DNA of 44,887 nucleotides from Candidatus Eiseniibacteriota bacterium (lineage in GTDB: Bacteria; Eisenbacteria; RBG-16-71-46), in the NCBI GenBank assembly GCA_031370785.1, contig JANMQY010000059.1:1-44887 (forward strand), written 5' to 3'. The notes beneath the pieces were generated by a model. The model was given only the letters and a program-made list of their open reading frames with translations, had not been told where the DNA came from and searched no databases. How positions within the stretch are numbered: the first letter of the stretch is position 1; every line of letters starts with the position of its first letter. The position numbers and the translations under genes were made by a program. Below, piece by piece: positions 1 to 10,983 of this stretch.

Positions 1-188
1 CCGGTCAGCGTGTAGCGGGTGGTGCTCGAGGTTGTGGGTCGGGAGATTGCGGCGCTCGCGTCCAGCGCGAACACGGTGGCGACCGCGGCCAGCATCAGTG
101 CCAGGGCGCCCAGCACCAGCAGGACCGAAAGCACCTGGCGCACCCGGCGCGGGCCTGGTTCGGGAACGGCTTCGACCTTGACTGTCAT
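1..188 (-). CDS. Partial CDS (5' end only), N-terminal hydrophobic signal/anchor, unknown function
   Basis: Manual translation from ATG at 188: MTVKVEAVPEPGPRRVRQVLSVLLVLGALALMLAAVATVFALDASAAISRPTTSSTTRYTLT..., open to the window edge; GGAG 8 nt upstream; divergent from the sigma operon. Confidence 0.65.
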   Translation of the reverse strand, partial: MTVKVEAVPEPGPRRVRQVLSVLLVLGALALMLAAVATVFALDASAAISRPTTSSTTRYTLT

Positions 189-472
189 GGGAGGGGCTCC
201 GGACAAGGGATGGTTCTCGGTGCGACCTGCCCCCGGCTACGGCCGGAGTCGCGTCGAAGTTGCACGCTGCGCAGGCATCAGACCGCGGTGGTCTCGAAAA
301 GGTTGAAACGGCCCGGGCCCGCACCCATCCTGCGCCCCGCCCTGCGCTGCTCGGCACGGCCCGCCCCGCGCCACGCCCGGCAGGCCGCGCCCCCGCTGTG
401 CCGGGCACGCAAAGGCCCATGCCGCCCGGTCGCAACTCCCCGCGCCGCCCGGGGCCCGGGAGTTTGATGATT

Positions 473-501
473 CCAACCCTTTGGGCCACGCCGCCGTCCT
501 A
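473..501 (+). promoter_or_regulatory. Putative autoregulatory ECF-sigma promoter
   Basis: CCAAC (473-477), 17-nt spacer, CGTC (495-498), matching the generic ECF AAC...CGT pattern about 10 nt upstream of the ATG at 511. Confidence 0.5.
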
Positions 502-510
502 TCCCGGTGC

Positions 511-1098
511 ATGCCGCACCCGGCTCTCATCGTCATGGCGCTAGGCAAGGGGCTACAGCCACCGTCGGCAGAGGGCGCCGGGGACGTCAGGCTGGCGGCC
601 GAGGGCGATCTGCGCGCCTTCGAGCGGCTCTACCGGCTCCATGTGGCGCGAATTCACGCTCTGACGCGACGCATGATGGGAACGGACGAGGCAACCGAGC
701 TGACGCAGGATATCTTTGTCAGGGCATGGCAGAAACTGGGGACTTTCCGCGGCGAGTCGGCATTCGGGACCTGGCTGTATCGTCTGGCGGTGAACGTGAT
801 CCTGAGCCGGCGGGCCCAGCTCGCGATCCGGCGCGGAAGGATGAACGAGGATCCCGAGACGCTCGCCTCGCTGCCGGCGCGAGTGGGGACGAGCGATCAT
901 CACATCGACTTCGAGCGCGCGATCGAGCGGCTCCCCGAGGGAGCGAGAATCGTGTTCGTGCTGCATGATGTCGAGGGCTACACCCACGAGGAGATCGCCG
1001 TGTTCCTGACGGTCACATCGGGCACGACCAAGGCGCAGCTTCACCGGGCGCGGATGATCCTGCGCCGGCATCTTGAAGGAACAGGGGAAAGAAAATGA
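511..1098 (+). CDS. ECF (sigma-70 group IV) RNA polymerase sigma factor
   Basis: Region 2 'ELTQDIFVRAWQKLGTFRGESAFGTWLYRLAVN' and region 4 'LPEGARIVFVLHDVEGYTHEEIA...GTTKAQLHRAR'; start uncertain (481/511/535 region). Confidence 0.93.
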   Translation: MPHPALIVMALGKGLQPPSAEGAGDVRLAAEGDLRAFERLYRLHVARIHALTRRMMGTDEATELTQDIFVRAWQKLGTFRGESAFGTWLYRLAVNVILSRRAQLAIRRGRMNEDPETLASLPARVGTSDHHIDFERAIERLPEGARIVFVLHDVEGYTHEEIAVFLTVTSGTTKAQLHRARMILRRHLEGTGERK

Positions 1099-1820
1099 CG
1101 GACCGCTGGACCGATCGGCTCTCGGAGTACCTGGACGGCGACCTCGCCGCCCCCGAGCGCGCCGAGCTCGAGACCCACCTCAGCCTGTGCGAGGAGTGCG
1201 CGGAGGCGCTCGAAGGGTTGCGCACCGTGGCCGAGCGCGCGCAACACCTCGAGACGCCGGCGCTGACCGAAGACCTGTGGCCCGGGATCGAGGCGCGCAT
1301 CGGCGCCGCATCGCCGGCAAGGATCTTCCGCTTCCGTCCGAGCACGTTCCGCTTCACGCTTTCGCTCCCGCAGGCCGCGGCCGCCGCGCTCGCGCTGACC
1401 CTGCTCTCGGGCGGGGCGATGTGGTGGGCAATGCGCAGCGGTCCGCTCGCGCCGGCCAAGGGTGTCCCGATCGCGGCGCAGGCGCCAGGCGCCACGCCGC
1501 CCGCGACCTTCACCGCGGGCGCAGCCACCGCTCCGGGCGCCGACGTGAACCAGTTCGCGGGGTTCGACGCCACGCACTACGACGCAGCGATCGCAGACCT
1601 CGAGCGCATGCTCACCGAGCACCGCTCACAGCTCGATACCTCGACGGTTCGCGTGGTCGAGCAGAATCTGGTGATCATCGATCACGCGATCGAGCAGGCG
1701 CGCCGTGCGCTCGCCGCCGATCCCGCGAGCCCGTATCTGAATGGACACCTTGCCCAACAACTCAAGCTCAAGCTGGATCTGCTGCGCCGCGCCACGGATC
1801 TTCCGGGCGCCCACGGCTAA
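1095..1820 (+). CDS. Zinc-binding anti-sigma factor (zf-HC2), single TM
   Basis: 'LSEYLDGDL...HLSLCEEC' HxxxCxxC motif, central hydrophobic helix, ATGA overlap with the sigma gene. Confidence 0.9.
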   Translation: MTDRWTDRLSEYLDGDLAAPERAELETHLSLCEECAEALEGLRTVAERAQHLETPALTEDLWPGIEARIGAASPARIFRFRPSTFRFTLSLPQAAAAALALTLLSGGAMWWAMRSGPLAPAKGVPIAAQAPGATPPATFTAGAATAPGADVNQFAGFDATHYDAAIADLERMLTEHRSQLDTSTVRVVEQNLVIIDHAIEQARRALAADPASPYLNGHLAQQLKLKLDLLRRATDLPGAHG

Positions 1821-1835
1821 AGGAGAATTCATCAC

Positions 1836-2891
1836 ATGATGCTGATCGCTGCCGCGGCCTTCACCCTCGCCTCGATGGTGACGCACACCGACACCATTCT
1901 GACGGTGCGGCCCGGGACGGTTCTGGACGTGAGCAACTACGGGGGTTCGGTCGCCGTCACGAGCTGGAACCGGAATGCGGTGCATATCGAGGCCGACCAC
2001 AGCCGCCGCACCAACGTCCAGATCGAGACCGGGCCGAATGCGCTGCAGGTGAGCACCAACGGGCGCTACGGGCCGGCGGGAGTCGTGGACTTCCAGATCT
2101 CGGTGCCGGTGTGGATGTCGATCACCGTGCGCGGCCCGTTCACCGACGTGCAGGTGGAAGGCACCAAGGGCGGCGTGACGGTCGAGACCGTGAGGGGCGA
2201 AGTGTCCGTGATCGGCGGCTCGGGCCTGATCTCGCTGAGCACGGTGCAGGGCTCGGTCTCGCTGCAGAAGGCGAATGGGCGGATGAAAGTCAGCTCGATC
2301 AACGAAGGCGTCTCGGTCGAGGACGTGGTCGGCGACATCGACGCTCAGACCGTGAACGGAGACGTGAGCATCTCCCGCGCAGTGGCGGATGCGATCGAGG
2401 CGGTCAGCGTGAGCGGCGACCTGATCTACGCGGGCAGTCTCAAGCGCGACGGCCAGTATCACTTCCAGACGCACAGCGGCGACATCCAGCTTCTGGTGCC
2501 CGACAGGACCGGCGCCTACGTCGGAGTGTCGACGTTCAGCGGTGAGTTCGGCACCAACTGCCCGGTGCAGCTCACGCAGCTCAAGCGCCACAAGCAGTTC
2601 CAGTTCACGTTGGGCGGCGGCGGGGCCCAGTTGGAGCTCGAGTCGTTCAGCGGTGACATCCAGCTTCAGGCCGGCAAGGGCACGCTGATGAACCTGGAGG
2701 ACCTCAAGGATCTGAAGGATCTCCAGGACTTCAAGGGCCTGAAGGAATTCAAGAACGCGAAGGAATTCAGGAACCTCAAGGAATTCGAAAAGATGAAAGC
2801 GCTTCGGAAGTTCCAATCCGACGCGAAGCACAAGCAGGACGACCAAGAGGAGACTCCAGAGACACCGCCCCCTCCAGACGAGGAGAAATGA
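1836..2891 (+). CDS. DUF4097 family beta-strand-repeat exported protein with low-complexity charged C-tail
   Basis: Repeated 'xTVxGxVxV / SxSGDI' units, signal-like N-terminus, AAGGAG RBS. Confidence 0.85.
   Translation: MMLIAAAAFTLASMVTHTDTILTVRPGTVLDVSNYGGSVAVTSWNRNAVHIEADHSRRTNVQIETGPNALQVSTNGRYGPAGVVDFQISVPVWMSITVRGPFTDVQVEGTKGGVTVETVRGEVSVIGGSGLISLSTVQGSVSLQKANGRMKVSSINEGVSVEDVVGDIDAQTVNGDVSISRAVADAIEAVSVSGDLIYAGSLKRDGQYHFQTHSGDIQLLVPDRTGAYVGVSTFSGEFGTNCPVQLTQLKRHKQFQFTLGGGGAQLELESFSGDIQLQAGKGTLMNLEDLKDLKDLQDFKGLKEFKNAKEFRNLKEFEKMKALRKFQSDAKHKQDDQEETPETPPPPDEEK
2691..2813 (+). repeat. Degenerate 9-nt (3-aa) coding tandem repeat
   Basis: ctggaggac-ctcaaggat-ctgaaggat-ctccaggac-ttcaagggc-ctgaaggaa-ttcaagaac-gcgaaggaa... 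encoding LED LKD LKD LQD FKG LKE FKN AKE FRN LKE. Confidence 0.75.
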
Positions 2892-2892
2892 G

Positions 2893-3738
2893 ATGACGCG
2901 CTCGACCGCACGACCTGTCTTCCGCCACGCGCGCGTTGCTGCGGCCACGCTGGCGGTGCTGCTCGCTCTCGCCTCCGCTCGCGATGCTGCGGCCAAATCC
3001 GCGCCTGTGAATCGGGCGCCCGACTTTGAATGGTCGGGCACGCTGGCCGCGGGCCAGACGCTGTGGATCAAGGGCGTGAACGGTTCGATCCACGCCGAGC
3101 CCTCGAGCGGAAGGGAAGTCCAGGTCACCGCGGTCAAGACCGCGCGACGCAGCGATCCTGAGCTGGTGCGGATCGAGGTGTCGAAGAGCGCCGACGGCAT
3201 CGCCATCTGCACCATCTACCCGACGCCGTCCGGTTCTGCCGAGAATACCTGCGACGCCTCGGACGACAGCCACTCGCACACCCGCAACAACGATGTGTCG
3301 GTGGAGTACGCGGTGCACGTTCCCGCTGGAATCAACTTCTCGGCGACCACCGTGAACGGCACGGTCGAAGCGATGGATCTCAAGGGCCCGGTGCGCGCGA
3401 ACACGGTGAACGGCAGGATCCGCCTGTCCACGCTCGACCGCGCGGAAGCAGGCACGGTCAACGGTTCGATCGTGGCCTCGGTCGGCCGCAGCAGCTGGCG
3501 CGAGCCGCTCGAGTTCCAGACCGTCAACGGCCACATCGATCTGACCCTGCCTTAGGACGCGAGCGCGGAGGTGCGCGCCTCCACCGTCAACGGCGACATC
3601 GAGACCGACTTTCCACTCACCGTGCGCGGCCGGATCGGACGGCATCGCATCGAGGGGTCGATCGGCAAGGGCGGCGGAGCGCTGAGGCTCGAGACCGTGA
3701 ACGGCGGCATTCGCCTGCACCACGGCTCGGGCACGTAG
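2893..3738 (+). pseudogene. Second DUF4097 family protein interrupted by in-frame TAG at 3553-3555 (nonsense allele, error or readthrough)
   Basis: TVNG repeats continue in frame after the stop: LTLP*DASAEVRASTVNGDIETDFPLTVRGRIGRHRIEGSIGKGGGALRLETVNGGIRLHHGSGT* (ends 3738). Confidence 0.8.
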
Positions 3739-3831
3739 CCCGAACTTCCGGGGCTGGCCTACCGGCCCGGGGAAGGCGTAGGCTTCCTCAAGTCTTCGGC
3801 GATGAGCACGCCTTTCCCTGGGAGGAACGCC

Positions 3832-4362
3832 ATGAGTCAGCGAACCGAGCTCGATCGATTTCGTCTCGTCTGGGACAAGGACGCGCAGGCGACTCTGCGG
3901 CTGCTCGAGTCACTGCCCACCAATCAGTACGATTTCCGCCCCGATTCCGCCGGCCGATCGCTCGGCGAGCTGGCCTGGCACCTGAGCGAGATCGAGGCCT
4001 ACACCAGCCTGTGCGTCGCGCAGCGACGGTTCGCTTTCGACGTAAAGCCTCCGAACATCGAGCGCCCGCGCGAAGTGAAGCTGCTCGCTCCCGGCTACCG
4101 CCGCATCCACGATGAGGCGATCGAACGCCTGAACAAGCTCGACGACAAGGCTCTCGATGAGATCGTGACCTACTTCGACGGGCGCGGGATGAGCATCCGC
4201 GACATCCTGTGGGAGGGCGTGATCCATCACCTGATCCATCATCGCGGCCAGCTCGTCCTGATGTGCCGGCTCGCCGGCGGCACGCCGCCCGGCCTGTTCG
4301 GACCGACCCGCGAGGAGATGGCGGCGATGAGAGCGCGCTCGCAGGAGAAGTCGCGCGCCTGA
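3832..4362 (+). CDS. DinB/YfiT-like family protein
   Basis: 'RSLGELAWHL' and 'HLIHHRGQL' His triad; GGAGG RBS before ATG 3832. Confidence 0.85.
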   Translation: MSQRTELDRFRLVWDKDAQATLRLLESLPTNQYDFRPDSAGRSLGELAWHLSEIEAYTSLCVAQRRFAFDVKPPNIERPREVKLLAPGYRRIHDEAIERLNKLDDKALDEIVTYFDGRGMSIRDILWEGVIHHLIHHRGQLVLMCRLAGGTPPGLFGPTREEMAAMRARSQEKSRA

Positions 4363-4423
4363 GCGTTGGAGTTACCGCGGGCCTCTGATATAAGTCCACG
4401 GCTTTCCCAACCCGTGAGGCCCA

Positions 4424-6034
<1,611 letters not shown>

Positions 6035-6044
6035 GAGAACGAAC

Positions 6045-6830
6045 ATGAGCGATGTGGTCGAGGTCAAACGCGGCCGCGGGGTCGCGCACGTGTGGCTCAA
6101 CCGTCCGGCGCAGCACAATGCGCTCTCACACGAGATGGGCGATGCGCTGGTGGCGGCGTTCCACGCGCTCGCGCACGACGAGTCGGTGCGGATCGTGGTG
6201 CTCGGCGGGCACGGCGCATCGTTCTGCGCCGGGGCCGACATCGAAGCGATGAAGGCTGCGGGCAACGCGGGGTTCGAGGCGAACCTTGGCGAGGCGACCA
6301 GGTTCGGGGCGATGTTCGCCGCGATCGCCGACTGCCCAAAGCCGGTGGTGGGCCGCATTCACGGCAGCGTCCTCGGCGGTGGCGTAGGCCTGGCGTGTGC
6401 GTGCGACATCGCGGTAGCGTCCGACGACGCCAGGTTCGGGTTGACCGAGGTGCGCCTCGGCATCCTCCCCTCGCTGATCAGTCCGTACGTGCTTCGCAGG
6501 CTTGGCGACCGGCACGCGCGTGAGCTGATGCTGACCGGCGAGCGCATCGGCGCCGCCGAGGCGCTGCGCGTCGGCCTCGTGCACCACGTCACCACCGCCG
6601 ATGGCCTCGATGCCAAAGTCGAAGAGCGGATCGGCGAGCTGCTGAAGGGCGCGCCTCGCGCGCAGGCGCGCATCAAGATTCTGCTCGAGCTATGGGCCGA
6701 CTCCGGGTGGGAGGAATATCGCTCCCAGCTTCCGCGCACGCTCGCCGAAGTGCGCTCGGGCGACGAGGCGAAGGACGGGCTCTCCGCGTTCCTCGAGAAG
6801 CGAAAACCCCGCTGGCTGGCGGACGCGTGA
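6045..6830 (+). CDS. liuC: Enoyl-CoA hydratase family, probable methylglutaconyl-CoA hydratase
   Basis: 'LNRPAQHNAL', 'FCAGAD', 'GGGVGLACACD', 'FGLTEVRLGILP'; position between MCC subunits. Confidence 0.85.
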   Translation: MSDVVEVKRGRGVAHVWLNRPAQHNALSHEMGDALVAAFHALAHDESVRIVVLGGHGASFCAGADIEAMKAAGNAGFEANLGEATRFGAMFAAIADCPKPVVGRIHGSVLGGGVGLACACDIAVASDDARFGLTEVRLGILPSLISPYVLRRLGDRHARELMLTGERIGAAEALRVGLVHHVTTADGLDAKVEERIGELLKGAPRAQARIKILLELWADSGWEEYRSQLPRTLAEVRSGDEAKDGLSAFLEKRKPRWLADA

Positions 6831-6864
6831 GCGCAGCCGCAGCGCGGCTGGGCTGACCCCGGTC

Positions 6865-8373
6865 ATGTTCCGGCGTGTGCTGGTGGCCAACCGCGGCGAG
6901 ATCGCGTGCCGCATCGCGGCCACCCTGCGCGAGATGGACATCGCGCCGGTCATGGTGTGCAGCGAGGCGGATCGCGGCGCGCGCCACACTCGGGTCGGGG
7001 CCGAGACGCTCGAGATCGGACCGGCCGAGCCGCGCGCCTCCTACCTGAATATCGAAGCTCTGGTAAGCGCGGCCCAGCGCTCGCGCGCCGACGCCGTGCA
7101 TCCGGGCTACGGCTTCCTCGCCGAGAGCGCGGCCTTCGCCGAGGCGGTCGAGACTGCCGGGCTCGCGTTCATCGGTCCGACCCCGGAACAGATCCGCGCG
7201 ATGGGCGACAAACGCGCCGCGCGCGCGCTGGCCGAGAAGGCGAATGTGCCGGTGGTGCCCGGCGCCGAGGGCGTGGATGCCGCGGCGCTGCTCAAGGCCG
7301 CGCGCCGCATCGGCTATCCGGTGATGGTCAAGGCCGCGCTCGGCGGCGGCGGCAAGGGCATGAGCGTGGTGCACGACGAGGCCGCGTTGCGCGAGGCGGT
7401 GGAGAGTGCCACCCGGCTTGCGGCCTCGGCGTTCGGCGATGGCGCGGTCTATCTCGAGAAGCGCATCGAGCGCGCACGCCACATCGAGGTGCAGGTGATG
7501 GGTGATGGGAATGGCAAGGCCATCCATCTATTCGAGCGCGAGTGTTCGCTCCAGCGCCGTCACCAGAAGGTGATCGAGGAGTGTCCTTCTTCGGCCGTGG
7601 ATGACATTCTGCGCGACCGCCTGACCCACTCCGCGATCGCGCTGGCCGAGGCGGTGCGCTATCGCGGCGCGGGCACGCTCGAGTTCCTGCTCGCCGAGGA
7701 TGGCGCCTTCTACTTTCTCGAGATGAACACGCGCCTGCAGGTCGAGCACCCGGTGACCGAGCTCGTGACCGGGCTCGATCTCGTGCGGCTCCAGGTCGAG
7801 ATCGCCGCGACCGGGAAGCTGCCGCTCCGCCAGAGCGAGGTGCAGCGGCTTGCGCACGCGGTCGAGGCGCGGGTCTACGCTGAGGATGCGGCGCGTGGCT
7901 TCCTGCCGCAGGCGGGCGTCGCGCGTCGCGTGCGCTGGCCACGTGCGCCGTTCGTGCGCGTGGATGCGGGCGTGGACTCGGGCGATCCGGTGCCGGTCCA
8001 CTACGATCCGATCCTCGCCAAGGTGATCGCCTCGGGTCACGATCGCGCGCTCGCGCTCACCCGGCTCGCGGCCGCGCTGGATGAGACCCTGGTGCACGGC
8101 GTGATCACCAACCTTCCGTTTCTGAAAGCACTGGTGCGCGCGCGGGCCGTGGAAGAGGGCGGATTCGACACCGAGTGGATCGAGCGCGAGTTTCTCGCCG
8201 GCTTCACCGCGGTGGCCGCCTCCCCGGCACCCGAGCTGGCGCTGGTCGCGGCCACGCTCGCAGATTCGCTCGGCGGCGCTGCCGCAGTCGGCGCGACCGG
8301 CGCGACCGCGCCTTCAAGCATTCCCGACGCCTTCACCGCGCTCGGCCGCTGGCGCCTTCCCGGGCTCGAGTGA
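6865..8373 (+). CDS. Biotin carboxylase (MCC alpha subunit, N-terminal part)
   Basis: 'VLVANRGEIA', 'HPGYGFLAES', 'GGGGKGM', 'ERECSLQRRHQK', 'EMNTRLQVEHPVTE'; lacks the biotinyl domain. Confidence 0.92.
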   Translation: MFRRVLVANRGEIACRIAATLREMDIAPVMVCSEADRGARHTRVGAETLEIGPAEPRASYLNIEALVSAAQRSRADAVHPGYGFLAESAAFAEAVETAGLAFIGPTPEQIRAMGDKRAARALAEKANVPVVPGAEGVDAAALLKAARRIGYPVMVKAALGGGGKGMSVVHDEAALREAVESATRLAASAFGDGAVYLEKRIERARHIEVQVMGDGNGKAIHLFERECSLQRRHQKVIEECPSSAVDDILRDRLTHSAIALAEAVRYRGAGTLEFLLAEDGAFYFLEMNTRLQVEHPVTELVTGLDLVRLQVEIAATGKLPLRQSEVQRLAHAVEARVYAEDAARGFLPQAGVARRVRWPRAPFVRVDAGVDSGDPVPVHYDPILAKVIASGHDRALALTRLAAALDETLVHGVITNLPFLKALVRARAVEEGGFDTEWIEREFLAGFTAVAASPAPELALVAATLADSLGGAAAVGATGATAPSSIPDAFTALGRWRLPGLE

Positions 8374-8876
8374 TGCGCAGCGAATGGCGTGACGGCGAGC
8401 GCGTGCGCAGCGTCGAGATGACGCCGCTTGGGATTGACCGCTACCGGGCAACGGTCGACGGCGTCGCGATCGAAGTGACCGCGCGCAAGCTCCCCGACGG
8501 CCGGCTCGAGATCGCCGATGAACGAGGCGTGCACGTGGCCGAAGTCACTGCCGAGGGCGTGCGGCGCTTCGTTCGGCTCGGGACGCTCGAGTTCGTGCTC
8601 GATGCCGAGAGCGGAGGCCGGCGCCGCGCGCAGACCCGCTCCGCAGGCGGCCTCGAAGCGCCGATGCCCGGAGTGGTGACGCGCGTGATGGTCGCGAAGG
8701 GTGAAGTGGTCAAAATGGGGCAGCCGCTGGTGATGCTCGAAGCGATGAAGATGGAGCACGTGATCCGCGCGCCGCGCGACGGCAGGGTCGCGAGCATCGC
8801 CGCGCGCGCGGGCGAGATGGTGGGCGGCGGCACGGCGCTGGTCGAGCTGGAGCCCGATGTCACGCCCGCCGGCTGA
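8373..8876 (+). CDS. Biotin carboxyl carrier protein (BT-like + biotinyl domain)
   Basis: 'APMPG...LEAMKME' biotinylation motif; TGATG overlap with the biotin carboxylase. Confidence 0.88.
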   Translation: MRSEWRDGERVRSVEMTPLGIDRYRATVDGVAIEVTARKLPDGRLEIADERGVHVAEVTAEGVRRFVRLGTLEFVLDAESGGRRRAQTRSAGGLEAPMPGVVTRVMVAKGEVVKMGQPLVMLEAMKMEHVIRAPRDGRVASIAARAGEMVGGGTALVELEPDVTPAG

Positions 8877-10893
8877 GTCCGCGCCCTCCGCGGTCGAGCC
8901 AAGGTGGGTGACGCTCGCGGGCCGGGCGGCGACCGCGATCGGATGCGCCACGGTCCTGGCGATGGCGCTGTGGGGCCACCCGGTCGGCGACTACCACGCC
9001 GAGAGCGACTTCTACGGCGGGTACGCCGCGGGCGCCCGCCTCATCCAGCACGGTCACATCGAGCCGGGCCGCTATCCGGTCGTCGGGCCGCTCTACGAAT
9101 TCGCGCTTGCGCTGTTCGCGTTTCCGTCCCGCGACCTGTTTCTCGCCGCGAAGCTGCTCTCGGCGCTCGCGGCGTGCGCCACGCTGGCACTCTGGTTCGT
9201 GCTGCTCCGCCGCGCCGCCGGCGCGACCGCGGCGCTGTGGGGGGTCGCATTGCTCGCGGCGAATCTGGTTTTCTTTCGCTACGGCTACTCGGCCTCGACC
9301 GACATGCTCGCGCTCTTCCTCTCGAGCGCCGCGCTGTTCGCGCTCGTCGCCGCGCGCGGCTCGCGCGCCCCGCTTTTCGCCGGCGCATTGGCGGCGCTCG
9401 CGGCGCTGACGCGCTACAGCGCGGTGGTCCTCCTGCCGGCGGGGCTCGTCGCGATTGCGCTTCGACCGCGCGAGGGCGTTTCCCGCGCGCGACAGATCGC
9501 GTGGTTCGTCGCGGGCTTCGTGGTGGTCGCCGGGCCATGGATCGTGCTCGCATCTGCCGCAGGTCACGTGCCGGGCGCACCGCTGCTCCAGTTCTTCAGC
9601 TTCTACGCCAATCCATCCTCCGACCGGAGCGTGCAGGATCTGGGCGCCGCGACCCCCGACTCGCTGCGCGCCTACCGCTCGCTCGGCGATCTACTGCGCC
9701 ACGATCCGGCATCACTCCTCCGCGGAGTGTTGCGCAATATCCCTGAGCACCTGGCGCTCGACGCGCGCAACCTGATCGGCTGGCCGATCGCGATCCTCGC
9801 GGTGCTCGGCATTCCGGTCGCACTGCTTTCGCGCGCGGGCCGCGCGCTCGCGCCGGTGTGGCTGGCCGGGGCACTTCAGTTCCTCGCGCTCGCGCCGGTG
9901 TTCCCCAGCGAACGCTACGCGCTCCCGCTCGTGCCGGTGGAGCTGAGCCTTGCCGCACTCGCGCTCGCATGGCCGCGGGCCTGGGTCGGCGCGGTGGCGG
10001 GTGTGCTCGCGGTGGGGTACTCGGTTCGCGCGAGCACGCAGTATCAGCTCGCGATCTACTCTCAGCTCCCGACAGAAGTGGTGAGTGCGGGCCGTGCGCT
10101 CGCGCACGCGGCCGAGCCCGCGAGCCGCGTACTCAGTCGCAAGGGGCATATCGGGTACTACTCCGGCGTGCCGGTCGTGGCGCTATCCCGCCTCGCGACC
10201 CTGGCCGAGCTCGGCGATTACGCTCGCGCGAATCGCGCCGACTTTCTCTACTACTCCTGGTACGAAGCGCAGCTGCGGCCCGAGTTCGCCTACCTGCTCG
10301 ATACCACCTCGGCAGTACCGGGCCTGAGCGTGGTGCACGCGACCGAGCGCAAGCCGAGCGTGCTCTATCGGATCGGCCCTGATTTCGGAGCCGGGCCCGC
10401 GTGGAGCCGCGATGAGTTCGAGCGCCAGCTGCATCTGGCGCGCGCGCTGGTGGACGTGCTCCCCGCAGCGCAGGGCGTTGCTCACCGCGTCACGCTCGCG
10501 GTGGACGCGCTCGAGCGCGACCGCCCCGACGTTGCACTCGCGCTCGTCGAAGACGCGCTCAGGGCGCGCGACGACCACGCGCTCGCCTGGGAGGTGAAGG
10601 GTCATGCGCTCGAACGCCTCGGGCGGCTCGAGCCGGCGATCCAAGCCTATCGCCGTTCGGTCGCACTCGAACCTGCCAACACCGAGACTCAGGTGTGGCT
10701 GGGCTGGGCCCTGATGAAACACGGAGAGGACACGGAAGCCGCGCGAGTGTGGACGCCGACCATCACACGGACGATGAACGTCCCTGCGCTCAGAGCGATG
10801 GAGAGCCTGTTCCGCAAGCTCGGCAATTCCGCGGAAGCTGAGGCCGCGCGAGCCGAGGCTTCGAGACTCGAGCCAGGCGTGCCGAAACACTGA
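8857..10893 (+). CDS. Polytopic membrane glycosyltransferase (GT-C, ArnT/PMT-like) with C-terminal TPRs
   Basis: Many TM helices, 'ESDFY' acidic loop, 'STDMLALFL', 'LAALTRYS'; C-terminal TPR 'AWEVKGHALERLGRLEPAIQAYRRSVALEP'. Confidence 0.7.
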   Translation: MSRPPAESAPSAVEPRWVTLAGRAATAIGCATVLAMALWGHPVGDYHAESDFYGGYAAGARLIQHGHIEPGRYPVVGPLYEFALALFAFPSRDLFLAAKLLSALAACATLALWFVLLRRAAGATAALWGVALLAANLVFFRYGYSASTDMLALFLSSAALFALVAARGSRAPLFAGALAALAALTRYSAVVLLPAGLVAIALRPREGVSRARQIAWFVAGFVVVAGPWIVLASAAGHVPGAPLLQFFSFYANPSSDRSVQDLGAATPDSLRAYRSLGDLLRHDPASLLRGVLRNIPEHLALDARNLIGWPIAILAVLGIPVALLSRAGRALAPVWLAGALQFLALAPVFPSERYALPLVPVELSLAALALAWPRAWVGAVAGVLAVGYSVRASTQYQLAIYSQLPTEVVSAGRALAHAAEPASRVLSRKGHIGYYSGVPVVALSRLATLAELGDYARANRADFLYYSWYEAQLRPEFAYLLDTTSAVPGLSVVHATERKPSVLYRIGPDFGAGPAWSRDEFERQLHLARALVDVLPAAQGVAHRVTLAVDALERDRPDVALALVEDALRARDDHALAWEVKGHALERLGRLEPAIQAYRRSVALEPANTETQVWLGWALMKHGEDTEAARVWTPTITRTMNVPALRAMESLFRKLGNSAEAEAARAEASRLEPGVPKH

Positions 10894-10983
10894 GCGCCCT
10901 CGCCCGCGACGCGCCGAACCACTAGACTGATCGGCGCGCCACACCAATCGACCTCTGATTCCAAATCCACGGGAAGGAGCACC

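Noticed and set aside
434..464. Inverted repeat AACTCCC...GGGAGTT upstream of the ECF promoter
   Set aside because: Only 7-bp arms; could be an operator but cannot be distinguished from chance
3745..3775. Hairpin after the DUF4097 operon as an intrinsic terminator
   Set aside because: Imperfect stem with no U-tract; plausible but not supportable
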